From the NCBI GenBank assembly GCA_965219685.1, contig CBDCOH010000002.1, forward strand, positions 1,600,001 through 1,664,000: a stretch of DNA of 64,000 bases, in the 5' to 3' direction. Of the stretch, positions 28,301 through 38,712 are shown one piece after another (within the stretch, counting starts at the first letter, position 1; the number at the start of each line of letters is the position of its first letter). Under the pieces are notes generated by a model. It was not told the DNA's origin and searched no databases. It saw only the letters and a program-made list of their open reading frames with translations. The position numbers were made by a program, and so were the translations under genes. The DNA comes from Candidatus Spongiisociaceae bacterium (GTDB lineage Bacteria; Actinomycetota; Acidimicrobiia; Spongiisociales; Spongiisociaceae).

Positions 28301-30571
28301 TCACGGCTTGCCGAGTTCGAAGTCGACTCGCTCCAGATGGCCGGTGAACGGGAAGTCCCCCTTGTAGGAGGTGCTGACCGGAGACAGGGTGTCCGCTCCT
28401 ACGCTCAGCGATCCCCAGGAGAGCATTCCCCGGGCCATATCGAGCAACTCCACTTCGCATAGGACAGATCCGTCCACGACCAAGCGGCCCACTCCGCGGT
28501 AATCGCCCGTCTTCTCGAATCGGACGGACAGTTCTGTGGCTCCCGGCACCAAGGTCGACTCCGAGACGAGAGTCTGGCGGTCGCCCAGGTAGGAGTACTC
28601 GAACACGACGCGCCCGTCCATCACGTAGAGGACGTAGCCGCCGCTCACGTCGCCTACCGCCACCAGGACCCCTTCGTCGCTCTCCTTGAGGGGAGCGATT
28701 CGGACGTTGATCGAGAAGTCACGGTTGAACACGAGCGGGGTGGCGGCGCCGGGGACCCTGACCGCTCCGCCCAGATAGGAGAAGCTATCTCGCGCCCGGG
28801 GGGAGCCGGGCGTCGTGAACGTGGAGGCCCGCACCGCCAGGTACCGGTCGTCCAGGGGGAACACCGAGTAGCGGGCGGCCTCCTCCGACCACTGGCGGAC
28901 CAGGTCGACGAGCTTGTCGGGGTGCTCGGACGCCACGTCGTTGCACTCGGAGAAGTCCGCGTCGATGTGGTACAGCTCCCACGGGTCATCCTCGAACGGC
29001 TCGTTGCGCCGGTGCCTGGTGAGCGCCTTCCACCCCCCGTCCCACATGGCCCGGTGGCCGATCATCTCGAAGTACTGGCGGCTGCGCGCCGGCGGCGCGC
29101 CGGAGTCGACCAGCACCTCCCGGATGGTGGCGCCGTGGAGCGGCATCTGGTCGGTACCCCGGTAGGAGGAGCGCGGCTCCACCCCGACCAGGTCGAAGAG
29201 GGTCGGGGCGATGTCTATGGCGTGCACGAACTGGGTGCGAACCCCGCCGCTGGCGGAGATCCCCTCCGGCCAGGAGACGATCAGGGGCGTGCGGACGCCT
29301 CCCGCGTAGGTGTTCTGCTTGTACCACCGCAGCGGCGTGTTGGCGGCCTGTGCCCATCCCCAAGGGATGTTGGTCTGCGAGTGCGGACCGCCGATGGTGT
29401 CGAACCGCTCCATGTTGAACTCCACCGTGCAGAACCGGTCCTCCTCGTAGGTAACGATGTCGGCGCCCCCGTCGGGCCCGCCCTCCTGGCTGGCCCCGTT
29501 GTCCGACAGGACGACCACGATCGTGTTGTCGAGCCGGTCGATGGAGTCGAGGAACTCGAACAGGCGCCCCATCTGGGCGTCGGTGTGGTCCAGCATGGCC
29601 GCGTAGGCCTCCTGGAACCGGGCGAACAGCTTCTGCTGGTCGGCGGTCAGGTCGTCCCACTCCTCCACGCCGGGGTTGAGGGGCGCGAGGACCGCGTCCT
29701 CGGGGACGATCCCCAACTCCTTCTGGCGGGCGAATCGGCGCTCGCGGATCACGTCCCAGCCCTCGTCGTAGCGACCCCGGTACTTGTCCAGGTACTCCTG
29801 CGGCGCCTGGTGAGGGCAGTGGGCCGTCCCGAACGCCGCGTACAGGAAGAATGGCTGCTCCGGCTTGACCGAGACCTGGTCGCGGACGTAGGAGATGGCG
29901 TGGTCGACCAAGTCCTCCGTCAGGTGGTAACCGTCCTCGGGCCTGCCGGGGGGTTCGACCCGGTGGTTGTCCTCGACCACGTCCGGGTAGAAATGGTCGG
30001 TGAGGGCGTCGAGGAACCCGTAGTAGCGGCCGAATCCCCGACCCAGCGGCCACTCGTCGTAGGGACCGGCGGCGGTGGTCTCCTCCAGAGGCGCCAGGTG
30101 CCACTTCCCGATCGCCATCGTCGCGTAACCGGCGTCCTGAAGGACCTCGGCGATGGTGCCGGCCGAGCGGGTCACCCGGCCTCGATGTCCGGGGAAGCCG
30201 GAGTCGACGTTCGACAGGTAGGCCATTCCCACGCTGTGGTGGTTGCGCCCGGTGAGCACGCAGGCGCGGGTCGGGGAGCAGAGCGGGGTGACGTTGAAGT
30301 CGTTGAAGCGCAGCCCCCGCTCCGCGAGGGCGTCCATCACCGGCGTCTCCACCTCGGCTCCGTAGCAGCCCAGGCCGGCGAAGCCCACATCGTCGAGCAC
30401 CACCAGCACCACATCGGGCTTGCCGCGGGCGTCGGCGGCCATCGGGGGCCACCATGGCACCGAATCCCTGAAGTCCGGTCCGATCACCCCCTTGAAGCCA
30501 GGCTCCGGATGGCTCGGCGGAGTCTGCTCTCCCGCCCCGGGGGTTCCGCTCAGGTCAGTGCTGGATTCCAT
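28301..30571 (-). CDS. Arylsulfatase (Cys-type, FGly-dependent) with C-terminal LamG-like domain
   Basis: LDDVG, CSPTRACVLTGR, GKWHL, HCPHQ, SDNG, WELY. Confidence 0.93.
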   Translation of the reverse strand: MESSTDLSGTPGAGEQTPPSHPEPGFKGVIGPDFRDSVPWWPPMAADARGKPDVVLVVLDDVGFAGLGCYGAEVETPVMDALAERGLRFNDFNVTPLCSPTRACVLTGRNHHSVGMAYLSNVDSGFPGHRGRVTRSAGTIAEVLQDAGYATMAIGKWHLAPLEETTAAGPYDEWPLGRGFGRYYGFLDALTDHFYPDVVEDNHRVEPPGRPEDGYHLTEDLVDHAISYVRDQVSVKPEQPFFLYAAFGTAHCPHQAPQEYLDKYRGRYDEGWDVIRERRFARQKELGIVPEDAVLAPLNPGVEEWDDLTADQQKLFARFQEAYAAMLDHTDAQMGRLFEFLDSIDRLDNTIVVVLSDNGASQEGGPDGGADIVTYEEDRFCTVEFNMERFDTIGGPHSQTNIPWGWAQAANTPLRWYKQNTYAGGVRTPLIVSWPEGISASGGVRTQFVHAIDIAPTLFDLVGVEPRSSYRGTDQMPLHGATIREVLVDSGAPPARSRQYFEMIGHRAMWDGGWKALTRHRRNEPFEDDPWELYHIDADFSECNDVASEHPDKLVDLVRQWSEEAARYSVFPLDDRYLAVRASTFTTPGSPRARDSFSYLGGAVRVPGAATPLVFNRDFSINVRIAPLKESDEGVLVAVGDVSGGYVLYVMDGRVVFEYSYLGDRQTLVSESTLVPGATELSVRFEKTGDYRGVGRLVVDGSVLCEVELLDMARGMLSWGSLSVGADTLSPVSTSYKGDFPFTGHLERVDFELGKP

Positions 30572-30679
30572 CGACTTGCCGGCCTTTCTCGCTACCGAGG
30601 CTCCTCTTCACGATGAACCTGAGTCGGTACAGGCCCATCCGCCTAGCCTTCTGCGACGGCGGTAACCATACTCGCGCCC

Positions 30680-31855
30680 ATGGCAGCCATCGACGTGGCG
30701 GGCGACTCCCCCCTGGGTCTTCCGGTCACCGATCCCTTCACCATCGACTCGCTGACCGTCCATGTCTACCGCGCCCCGATCACGCGGCCTGTCCGCACCG
30801 CGTTCGGGAAGATGGCCGACCGCCCGGCGGTGGTGGTGGAGGCCCGCTCCAGGGACGGTTTCACCGGCTACGGGGAGGTGTGGTGCAACTTCCCCTCCCC
30901 CGCGGCCGGGTACCGGGCCCGGCTGATCGACTCCGTGCTCGGACCCGAAGTTGCGGGAGGAACGTGGACCGGCCCGAGGGAGGTGTTCGACCATCTCTCG
31001 GAGCGAACCCGTGTATTGGCCCTCCAGGCCGCCGAACCCGGACCGTTCTCGCAAGCCATAGCGGGGATCGACATCGCTCTCTGGGACCTGGTGGCGCGGC
31101 GGGACAGACGACCGCTCTGGCACCTCCTCGGACGGGAGGGCACCGGGCGCGTGCCGGCCTATGCCAGCGGCATCGGGCCGGACGGCGCGGCGGCCCAGGC
31201 CCGGGAAGCGCGATCGGCGGGCCACCGGGCCTTCAAGCTGAAGATCGGGTTCGACCCGGAAACCGACCTGGCCAACCTCCGGCAAATGCGCCTGGAACTC
31301 GGCCCGGCCGCGGTCATCGCGGTGGACGCCAACCAGGCCTGGACTCCTGCGGAGGCAGCCCGTAGGAGCCGTGAACTGGCCCCGCATCATCCGGTCTGGC
31401 TGGAGGAACCGATCCGTGCGGACCAACCGGCCGACGAGTGGCGACGGCTGGCGGACATGTCCCCCGTGCCGCTGGCGGGCGGAGAGAACATCTATGGGCA
31501 GGAAGGCTTCGAGGGGGCCCTCCGGCGGCCGGCGCTGGCGGTCCTGCAGCCCGACATCACCAAGTGGGGCGGGTTCTCGGGATGCCTTCCGCTCGCCCGG
31601 CGCATCCTCGAAGCGGGGAGGCGTTTCTGCCCCCACCACCTGGGCGGCGGTATCGGCCTGGTCGCCTCGGCCCACCTCCTCGCCGCCGCGGGGGGAGACG
31701 GCCTGCTGGAGGTCGACTGCAATCCGAACCCGTTACGCGGGGGACTGGCCCGACCGTTTCCCCCGCTCGTGGCGGGTCACCTGATCCTCGGGGATGGGCC
31801 CGGACTCGGTGTGAGACCGGACGTTTCGGTCCGCTCCCTGCGGACCGGCTGGTAG
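30680..31855 (+). CDS. Mandelate racemase/muconate lactonizing enzyme family protein
   Basis: GIDIALWD, KLKIG, VDANQ, WLEEP, GGEN, QPD..K.GG, PHH. Confidence 0.9.
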   Translation: MAAIDVAGDSPLGLPVTDPFTIDSLTVHVYRAPITRPVRTAFGKMADRPAVVVEARSRDGFTGYGEVWCNFPSPAAGYRARLIDSVLGPEVAGGTWTGPREVFDHLSERTRVLALQAAEPGPFSQAIAGIDIALWDLVARRDRRPLWHLLGREGTGRVPAYASGIGPDGAAAQAREARSAGHRAFKLKIGFDPETDLANLRQMRLELGPAAVIAVDANQAWTPAEAARRSRELAPHHPVWLEEPIRADQPADEWRRLADMSPVPLAGGENIYGQEGFEGALRRPALAVLQPDITKWGGFSGCLPLARRILEAGRRFCPHHLGGGIGLVASAHLLAAAGGDGLLEVDCNPNPLRGGLARPFPPLVAGHLILGDGPGLGVRPDVSVRSLRTGW

Positions 31856-31918
31856 GCGGCGAGCCGGAGCGGCTTCAGGGGTCCGGTCCGCGGCGCTTCC
31901 AGGTAGGTGCCCCACTGA

Positions 31919-33145
31919 CTACCGGTCGGGCCTGTCGCCGCCTCCGGTCGGACGGTGCTCCGCCCAGATCGACGCGTACACATCCGTGCGGCCCTTGTTC
32001 AGGGCGAACACGGGACCACTGGCCAGCCCCCGCTCCGAGGACAGCCGCAGCGCAGCCTCGGCGAAGGGCCTGCCGCCGATAGCGCCTGATTGCGAGCGGG
32101 CCATCCGGACCAGCGCCTCGTACTCCTCGATGCGGCGTCCGGCCGCGGCGCGGAGTTCACGGACCGCCGCGTCGTACCACGGCCAGAACTCCTCGGGAAG
32201 GCCGGCTCGCAGCCCGTTCACCGGATCCGGGGTCCGTTTCGCGATCGCCTCCACCGTCGCGGGTTCCATCCGCAGCCGCCTCGACATGGTGGTGATGTCA
32301 AGCCCGCGGTCGACGGCATCGGCCACGGCGGCCACCTCCCACACGCGCAGCGAGGTCAGACCGGTCACGATCCGGTGGGCGACCACGTACTCGGGAAACT
32401 TGAACTTGAAACGCACGTGCGGCCGCCCGCTTCCCGTGTCGAACCGGACCACGTAGCCCTCTCTCGCCGACTCGGCGCTGGTGGCGACGTGGTCGGCCAA
32501 CTCGGCGAACGAACCGACTTCGTGAGTGGCTGCCACCGGGCCCGGCCAGTCGAGACATCCGAGCGGCAGGTCCGCGCCGGTCCTGATGTCGATAACGGCC
32601 AGCAACACCAGGTCTCGCATGGATCCGTAGTCCACCACCACCCGGTTGTCCGGGTAGATGATCTCGAACAGGGGGGTGACGTCCTCGCCGAACCGGACAT
32701 GGCTGTACCTGTCCTGCCAGATCCCGGTCGCTTCCTCGGCCTGCTCCGAGGACAGAGAGCCGCGGGTGGCGAGCCGTACCCCGCCGGCGGGATGGTGGTA
32801 GGCGATCCCCAGCGAGCCGTCGAGCTTATCGTGCACCACCATGGGCACGCCTTCGGGGACGGGTGGAGCATCCGGCTCGGACGGGCCGAAGAACTTGGGG
32901 AAGGGGCGGGCCACCACCCGGTCGCCGTCATCCACGATCAGCCCGCGACACACCTGCGTCGCCCGGTTCCAGGATCTCGAGTAGGTCGCCCGGGGCGTGT
33001 AGTTGAGAACCCGCAGGGGGCCCTCGCCGCGTACCGATACCAGACCCCCTGCCATGGCGTCGGATAGCAGGTCCCGGTCGACCAGATCGTCGAGATGCAG
33101 CCTCGGGGTGGCCCGCCCGGGACCCTTGCCTGCCGGCTCCTTCAT
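31919..33145 (-). CDS. T4 Rnl1-type ATP-dependent RNA ligase
   Basis: LNYT, CRGLI, ARPFPKFF, KLDGSLG (motif I), ATRGS, FEIIYP, EGYVV, KFKF.EY. Confidence 0.85.
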   Translation of the reverse strand: MKEPAGKGPGRATPRLHLDDLVDRDLLSDAMAGGLVSVRGEGPLRVLNYTPRATYSRSWNRATQVCRGLIVDDGDRVVARPFPKFFGPSEPDAPPVPEGVPMVVHDKLDGSLGIAYHHPAGGVRLATRGSLSSEQAEEATGIWQDRYSHVRFGEDVTPLFEIIYPDNRVVVDYGSMRDLVLLAVIDIRTGADLPLGCLDWPGPVAATHEVGSFAELADHVATSAESAREGYVVRFDTGSGRPHVRFKFKFPEYVVAHRIVTGLTSLRVWEVAAVADAVDRGLDITTMSRRLRMEPATVEAIAKRTPDPVNGLRAGLPEEFWPWYDAAVRELRAAAGRRIEEYEALVRMARSQSGAIGGRPFAEAALRLSSERGLASGPVFALNKGRTDVYASIWAEHRPTGGGDRPDR

Positions 33146-33257
33146 CGCGCCGTAATACCTCCCGTCACCGGGCCGCCCCGGAAGCTCGAGGCCGCGCTCC
33201 TGCGGCCCGTGGGCGACGGTACCCTGCGACGGGAATTATGCGCCGGCCACGCCGGGC

Positions 33258-34556
33258 GTGCCGACCCAGACCAGCCGTACACCCAGGCACCGTGCCCGGC
33301 CTTTTTCGAGCAGTGGAGAGTCCGATATCGACCAGCCCCCCGACCTAGAGCACAGCTCCCGCCCGACCGGACGGGTGCGCCTGGCGATCGTGCTCGCCAC
33401 CGGAATGGCCGTGTGCATGTCTCCCGGCCCGATAATCGGGATCTTCTCCCGCTTCTTCATCGACGATCTGGGCCTCACCCGGACCGAGCTGGGAGCGGTC
33501 GCCACCGGCCACGCCTTCGCGATCATGGCCTGCAGCGTCCCGCTCGGCTACCTGGCCGACCGGATCGGAGGCCGGCGGATGCTGGCCCTGATGTTGGGCT
33601 TCGTGTTCCTCGGTCTGGGAACGATGTCCCTGTCGTGGGGACTGTGGTCGCTGTTCGTCTTCGGAATGATCGCCGGCGTACCCGCTGCCGGCGGCAACTC
33701 GGCCACCAACGGCATCATCGTCGAGAACGTGAGAGCAGGCTCGCGTGGATGGATCACCGGCATCAAGCAGTCGGGCGTCCAGATCGGGGTATTCGCAGCC
33801 GGGGCGGTGCTGCCGGTTGCGGCCGAGCTTCTCGGCTGGCGCCAGGCCCTGGTGCTGGCCTCACTGGTCGCCGTAGTCCTGGTCGTGGTCACCCTGCTGG
33901 CCGTCCCGACCTCGTCGCGGCCTCGGTCGGTGCAGCAGGTGATCGGATCCCGTGCCGGGGTCCCGAGGGCGGTGTGGTGGCTGTCCGCGTACGGGGTCAC
34001 CATGGGAATCGGCGTAGGTGTGTACCACGCGTTCGTCCCGCTCTACGTCCAGGAGGAGGTCGGGATGAGCGTGGGGCTGGCCGGATCGGTGATAGCCGCT
34101 TCCGGGGCGACGGGAGCCGCGGCGCGGATCGTGTGGGGGCGGATCGCGGAGCGGGCAGGGGACCCGGCCCTTCCTCTTGCCTCCATCGGGGTCCTCAGCA
34201 TGGGATCGATCGCCCTCACGTGGATGGCATCCCCTGCCGTGTCCCTGCTCGTGTGGGGTGGAGCGGTCCTCATGGGGGTGGGTGCCGGCGCCTGGATGTC
34301 GGTGGGAATGTTCGCCGCCCTCACGTTGGCCGGGCCGCAACGCATCGGGCGGGGAACCGCGTTCGTCATGCTCGGGTTCGGTCTGGGACTGACCGTGGGG
34401 CCGGTTTTGTTCGGGTGGGGCGTCGACACGTCCGGAAGCTACGACCCCGCCCTGGCCGCCACGCTTCTCAACTTCGCAGCCTCGGTGGTTCTGATGCTGG
34501 TGTGGAAGGTGCTCCGGATCCGCTCGACAGCCCTCTCCTCCCCCACGGCTGGATGA
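33258..34556 (+). CDS. MFS transporter
   Basis: GYLADRIGGRR, RG...GIKQSG, WGRIAER, about 12 TM segments. Start uncertain. Confidence 0.85.
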   Translation: MPTQTSRTPRHRARPFSSSGESDIDQPPDLEHSSRPTGRVRLAIVLATGMAVCMSPGPIIGIFSRFFIDDLGLTRTELGAVATGHAFAIMACSVPLGYLADRIGGRRMLALMLGFVFLGLGTMSLSWGLWSLFVFGMIAGVPAAGGNSATNGIIVENVRAGSRGWITGIKQSGVQIGVFAAGAVLPVAAELLGWRQALVLASLVAVVLVVVTLLAVPTSSRPRSVQQVIGSRAGVPRAVWWLSAYGVTMGIGVGVYHAFVPLYVQEEVGMSVGLAGSVIAASGATGAAARIVWGRIAERAGDPALPLASIGVLSMGSIALTWMASPAVSLLVWGGAVLMGVGAGAWMSVGMFAALTLAGPQRIGRGTAFVMLGFGLGLTVGPVLFGWGVDTSGSYDPALAATLLNFAASVVLMLVWKVLRIRSTALSSPTAG

Positions 34557-34615
34557 TCCACCCGGCCGACCTGCCAGAATGGGTCACCGGTAGCAGTTTC
34601 GGGTGGCCTCACGCT

Positions 34616-34873
34616 ATGGATGGAAGCGAACAGACCGCGGGCCGGGTTCCACTGACCGTCCCGCACATGGGCGTGGTCGAGGAAGTGGTCGTCATCGAGT
34701 GGCTGGTCGACACCGGCAGCCCGGTGTCCGCCGGCCAGGAGGTGGTGATCGTCGAGACCGAGAAGGCGGAGGTCGCCCTGGAAGCTCCCGCCGCGGGGAC
34801 CATCGACGTAACCGTGACCGCATCGGACCTCGAGGTTCCTGTCGGAGCCATCCTCGCCTACATCGCTCCGTGA
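34616..34873 (+). CDS. Stand-alone lipoyl-carrier domain protein
   Basis: PHMG....V..EWLV..G..V..GQ....VETEKA......P..G........VPVG..LA with the lipoyl Lys. Confidence 0.85.
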   Translation: MDGSEQTAGRVPLTVPHMGVVEEVVVIEWLVDTGSPVSAGQEVVIVETEKAEVALEAPAAGTIDVTVTASDLEVPVGAILAYIAP

Positions 34874-35622
34874 CCCCTCCCCCGTTCCGTCTCGACGGGA
34901 AGAAGGCATTGGTCACCGGAGCCGCCAGCGGCCTCGGGAGGGCGATCGCCTACGCGCTCGCCGCGACCGGAGCACAGGTCGCGTGCATCGACGTATCGGT
35001 CGAACCCAACCGCCGGGTAGCCGCCGCGACCGGGGGGATCGCTGTCAAGCTCGACGTGACCGACCCGCCGATGGTCGAATCGGCCGTGGAGGAGGTGGCC
35101 GACCGGTTCGGCTCGATCGACATACTCGTCAACAGCGCCGGTGTCGGCGGCCGCGGGCCGGCCGCCAACTATCCCGATGAACTGCTGGAGCGGGTCATCG
35201 CGGTCAACCTTCGGGGTACGTTCCTCATGTGCCGGTCGGTGGGACAGCGGATGATCGAGGCCGGCGGAGGCTCGATCGTCAACATCGCCTCGATCGGAGG
35301 ACTGGTCGCGTTCCCGGGAAGCGCCGGCTACCAGGCAAGCAAGGGCGGCGTGGTCCAGTTGACGAGAGCCCTGGCCGTCGAGTGGGCCGGCGCCGGTGTG
35401 CGCGTAAACGCCGTCGCGCCCGGACACATCGCAACCGAGTTGGTGCGGCGCCAGTGGGAGACCGAACCGGAACTGAGGGAGTTCTTCCTGTCGCGCACCC
35501 CGATGAACCGGCTGGGGACGCCCGAGGACGTGGCGGGCGCGGTCGTCTTCCTGGCCGGGGACGCCTCGGCGATGGTCACCGGGCAGATACTCGCCGTCGA
35601 CGGGGGGTACACCGCCCAATGA
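34870..35622 (+). CDS. SDR family oxidoreductase
   Basis: TGAASGLG, NSAG, NIAS, YQASK, VNAVAPG, VDGG. GTGA overlap with the lipoyl gene. Confidence 0.92.
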   Translation: MTPPPFRLDGKKALVTGAASGLGRAIAYALAATGAQVACIDVSVEPNRRVAAATGGIAVKLDVTDPPMVESAVEEVADRFGSIDILVNSAGVGGRGPAANYPDELLERVIAVNLRGTFLMCRSVGQRMIEAGGGSIVNIASIGGLVAFPGSAGYQASKGGVVQLTRALAVEWAGAGVRVNAVAPGHIATELVRRQWETEPELREFFLSRTPMNRLGTPEDVAGAVVFLAGDASAMVTGQILAVDGGYTAQ

Positions 35623-35635
35623 GCCTCCCCCGACG

Positions 35636-36598
35636 ATGACGCCGGAGATCGCCCTCGGGATCCACCGCACGATGGTGCGCATTCGGGTCTTCGAGTCCCG
35701 CATCGAGGAGTTGTTCAAGGCCGGGAGGCTTCCGGGCTTCGTCCACACCTATCTCGGCCAGGAAGCCATTGCGGCCGGGGCGTGTGCGGTTCTAGGCCGC
35801 GACGACTACATAACCTCCACCCACCGGGGGCACGGGCACGCCATCGCCAAGGGCATCGAGCTCGGCCCGATCATGGCGGAGCTGTACGGCAAGGAGACCG
35901 GCACGTGCCGGGGGCGGGGCGGCTCGATGCACGTGGCCGACTTCTCGATCGGGATGCTGGGCGCCAACGGCATCGTCGGCGGCGGGCTGGGTATCGCGGC
36001 GGGGGCCGCCCTGTCGGCACGCCACCGGGGCACCGACCAGGTGGCGGTCGCCTTCTTCGGTGATGGAGGCATCAACAAGGGCACGTTCCACGAGGCCCTC
36101 AACTTCGCCGCCACCCACCGCCTGGGCGTGGTCTACGTGTGCGAGAACAACCAGTACGCACAGTTCACGTCCCGCCTGCGGACCACCTCGGTCGAGGATC
36201 TGTCGGTGCGGGCTGCCGCCTACGGCATCCCAGGTCACACGGTGGACGGGAACGATGCCGCCGCCGTGTACGAAACCACGCGCGAGGCGGTCGGGCGAGC
36301 ACGGGCGGGAGGTGGGCCGACCCTGCTCAACATGGAGACCTACCGCCTGGGCGGCCACTACGTCGGGGACGCCGAGGTGTACCGGGACACGGCGGAGGTC
36401 GAGGATCGGCGCCGGTCGGATCCGATCATACGTTGGGAGAACCTGCTGGTCGCCGAGGGGATGCTGACCGGGAGGCGCCGGTCCGGGGTGTGGGACGAGG
36501 CGACCGGGGCTGTGTCGGAGGCGGTCCGGTTCGCGGAGGAGAGCCCCCTGCCGGAGGCCGACTCGGCGATGGAAGCGGTGTTCACGGACGCCCGCTGA
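35636..36598 (+). CDS. TPP-dependent dehydrogenase E1 alpha (AcoA/PdhA-like)
   Basis: GQEA, STHRGHGH, GRGGSMH, FFGDG...N, CENNQY, TYR..GH. Confidence 0.93.
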   Translation: MTPEIALGIHRTMVRIRVFESRIEELFKAGRLPGFVHTYLGQEAIAAGACAVLGRDDYITSTHRGHGHAIAKGIELGPIMAELYGKETGTCRGRGGSMHVADFSIGMLGANGIVGGGLGIAAGAALSARHRGTDQVAVAFFGDGGINKGTFHEALNFAATHRLGVVYVCENNQYAQFTSRLRTTSVEDLSVRAAAYGIPGHTVDGNDAAAVYETTREAVGRARAGGGPTLLNMETYRLGGHYVGDAEVYRDTAEVEDRRRSDPIIRWENLLVAEGMLTGRRRSGVWDEATGAVSEAVRFAEESPLPEADSAMEAVFTDAR

Positions 36599-37593
36599 TG
36601 TCCGGGAGTGCGGCCTCTGCGCGGCGCATGTCGTTCGGGCAGGCCACCGTCGACGCCATGCGCATCGCCATGCGAGAGGACGACCGGGTGATCGTGCTGG
36701 GGGAGGACATCAGTTGGGGCGGCAACTTCGGCCAGTTCAGAGGCCTCGTCGACGAGTTCGGGCCGGAGCGGGTGATCGACATGCCGATCTCGGAGGCCAT
36801 CATCATGGCGGCGAGCATCGGAGCCGCGGTCACCGGTCTCAGGCCGGTGGCGTCGATGAGCTTCGTCGAGTTCACCCTGGGCGCGATGGACGAGATCGTC
36901 AACCAGGCTTCCAAGTTCCGTTACATGTTCGGCGGCCAGGTATCCGTGCCGCTCGTGCTCAGAGCGTCCGACGGGATCCTCAGATCCTCGGCGGGCCAGC
37001 ACTCGTCGAGCCTCGAGGGGCTGTTCACCCACCTCCCCGGCCTCAAGGTGGTCGCCCCTTCCAACCCGGCCGATGCCAAAGGGCTGCTAAGAGCCGCCAT
37101 CGCCGACAACGACCCCGTCGTGTACCTGGAGAACAAGCGCATCACCGCCAAGCGGGGACCCACCCCGCTCGGCGACCACCTGGTACCGCTCGGCTCGGCC
37201 GCCCTCCGCCGCCCGGGATCCGACCTGACCATCGTCAGCTATTCGGCAATGGCTCTCGAGGCCGAGGTGGCGTGCCGGCGGTTGTCCGAGCAGGGGATCG
37301 AAGCGGAACTGATCGACCTGCGCTCCCTGGTACCCCTCGACCTCGAAACCGTGCTGGAGTCGGTGCGCAGGACCGGCCGGGTCGTCGTCGCCCACGAGGG
37401 CTGGGAGTTCGGAGGATTCGGCGCCGAGCTGGCAGCTTCCATCACCAGCCGGGCCTTCGACCGCCTGCGGGCCGCGCCGGTCCGGGTAGGCGCCGCCCAG
37501 GCGCCCATCCCGTTCAGTCCTCCGCTGGAACGGGCGGTCGTGCCCGGAGCGGACGAGATCGTCGGCGCGGCCCGGAGGCTGATGACCACCTGA
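36598..37593 (+). CDS. TPP-dependent dehydrogenase E1 beta (AcoB/PdhB-like)
   Basis: LGEDI, DMPISE, GLRPV, QHS, PGLKVVAPS, IDLRSL.PLD. Confidence 0.93.
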   Translation: MSGSAASARRMSFGQATVDAMRIAMREDDRVIVLGEDISWGGNFGQFRGLVDEFGPERVIDMPISEAIIMAASIGAAVTGLRPVASMSFVEFTLGAMDEIVNQASKFRYMFGGQVSVPLVLRASDGILRSSAGQHSSSLEGLFTHLPGLKVVAPSNPADAKGLLRAAIADNDPVVYLENKRITAKRGPTPLGDHLVPLGSAALRRPGSDLTIVSYSAMALEAEVACRRLSEQGIEAELIDLRSLVPLDLETVLESVRRTGRVVVAHEGWEFGGFGAELAASITSRAFDRLRAAPVRVGAAQAPIPFSPPLERAVVPGADEIVGAARRLMTT

Positions 37594-38412
37594 TCACTCT
37601 CCCGTCGGGCCGGCCTCCAACCATTCGACCGATCGAGGGCCGTGCATGCGATGGAAGGCGATGGCGAGATCCGATGAGGCCGAGCCGGGTCCGGCGTGCG
37701 GCCGGCCGGCCATCCGGAAGGTGTAGGTCCCGGGACCGCTCCGGAAGGCCTCCTCCCGGAAGTCGGCGCCTTTGCTGTCCCCCTCCGCCGCCGGTATCCG
37801 TTCGGCCACGGTGAACTCGCCTTCCAGGATGAACACCTCCTCCGCCGCCCCATGAAGGTGCCAGGGTCCGTCATCGTTGGCCCAATCACGGGCGCCCGCC
37901 AGCCACACCGGCCCGTGGAGGCCGTCGACCAGCGGGCGGACGTATCGACCCGGCAGTTCGGGTACGGCGGACCATGGGACCGCGGTGCCCAGACCCACCA
38001 GGGGCTTGGAGAGCATTCCACCGGCCGACGTGTCGTAGCGGATGGGCGCCGAGGTCATGACCAGCGCCAGAGTGTCCGATCGGGCACGGAGGCCGCTGAT
38101 CACGTCCCCGGCCGGTACGGCCGCGTAGTCGTATTGCCCGATACGCTCCCCCGCCACCACCAACTCCCCCCTTATCACGAACAGCTCGAGATCGGCGGTG
38201 AAGGCCCCGACCACGCCGGACCCCCAGCCCTCGGGTATCAGAGCGAGCCGGGTGGCCGGGCCGGACAGATCCTTCGAGAGAATCCGGGCTTCGATACGGC
38301 CCTCGCAGCCGGAGATCGTCATGGTCCGGCTGGGCAGGTCTCCCTCCTGGATCGCCCGAAACGACCGACTCCGCCTGTCGACGAGTGCGGGATCCATGAT
38401 CGAACCGTTCAC
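37594..38412 (-). CDS. Bicupin protein (DUF4437/ChrR-like)
   Basis: T.L..IP.GW, ELFV..G.L, WHLH...EE.F.LEG, G.Y.FR.AG.PH.GP. Confidence 0.6.
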   Translation of the reverse strand: MNGSIMDPALVDRRSRSFRAIQEGDLPSRTMTISGCEGRIEARILSKDLSGPATRLALIPEGWGSGVVGAFTADLELFVIRGELVVAGERIGQYDYAAVPAGDVISGLRARSDTLALVMTSAPIRYDTSAGGMLSKPLVGLGTAVPWSAVPELPGRYVRPLVDGLHGPVWLAGARDWANDDGPWHLHGAAEEVFILEGEFTVAERIPAAEGDSKGADFREEAFRSGPGTYTFRMAGRPHAGPGSASSDLAIAFHRMHGPRSVEWLEAGPTGE

Positions 38413-38712
38413 GGCAACCGTCCCTCCAAGCCCCGAGACACGACCGCCGCGGCCATGCCGACACCCCCTTACCCCACCTTCCGGCCCTACGGACCATCTG
38501 GATCATAAGGTACCCGCGCCGGTCTTGTGGCCGGACCGAGTGGGACGACGGACGGGGAGGGCAATCTCCCCCCTGATCCGCACCGGACTCGGAACGCGAC
38601 CATCCGGGCCCGATTCCCCGCCCTTGAGAGTTGGGCGAGTAGGCTCGTAAAACGTCCGATGGCGTCTCGCCGACATAGGAAACCGACCGTCGACTCCAGG
38701 AGTAACTTCAAG

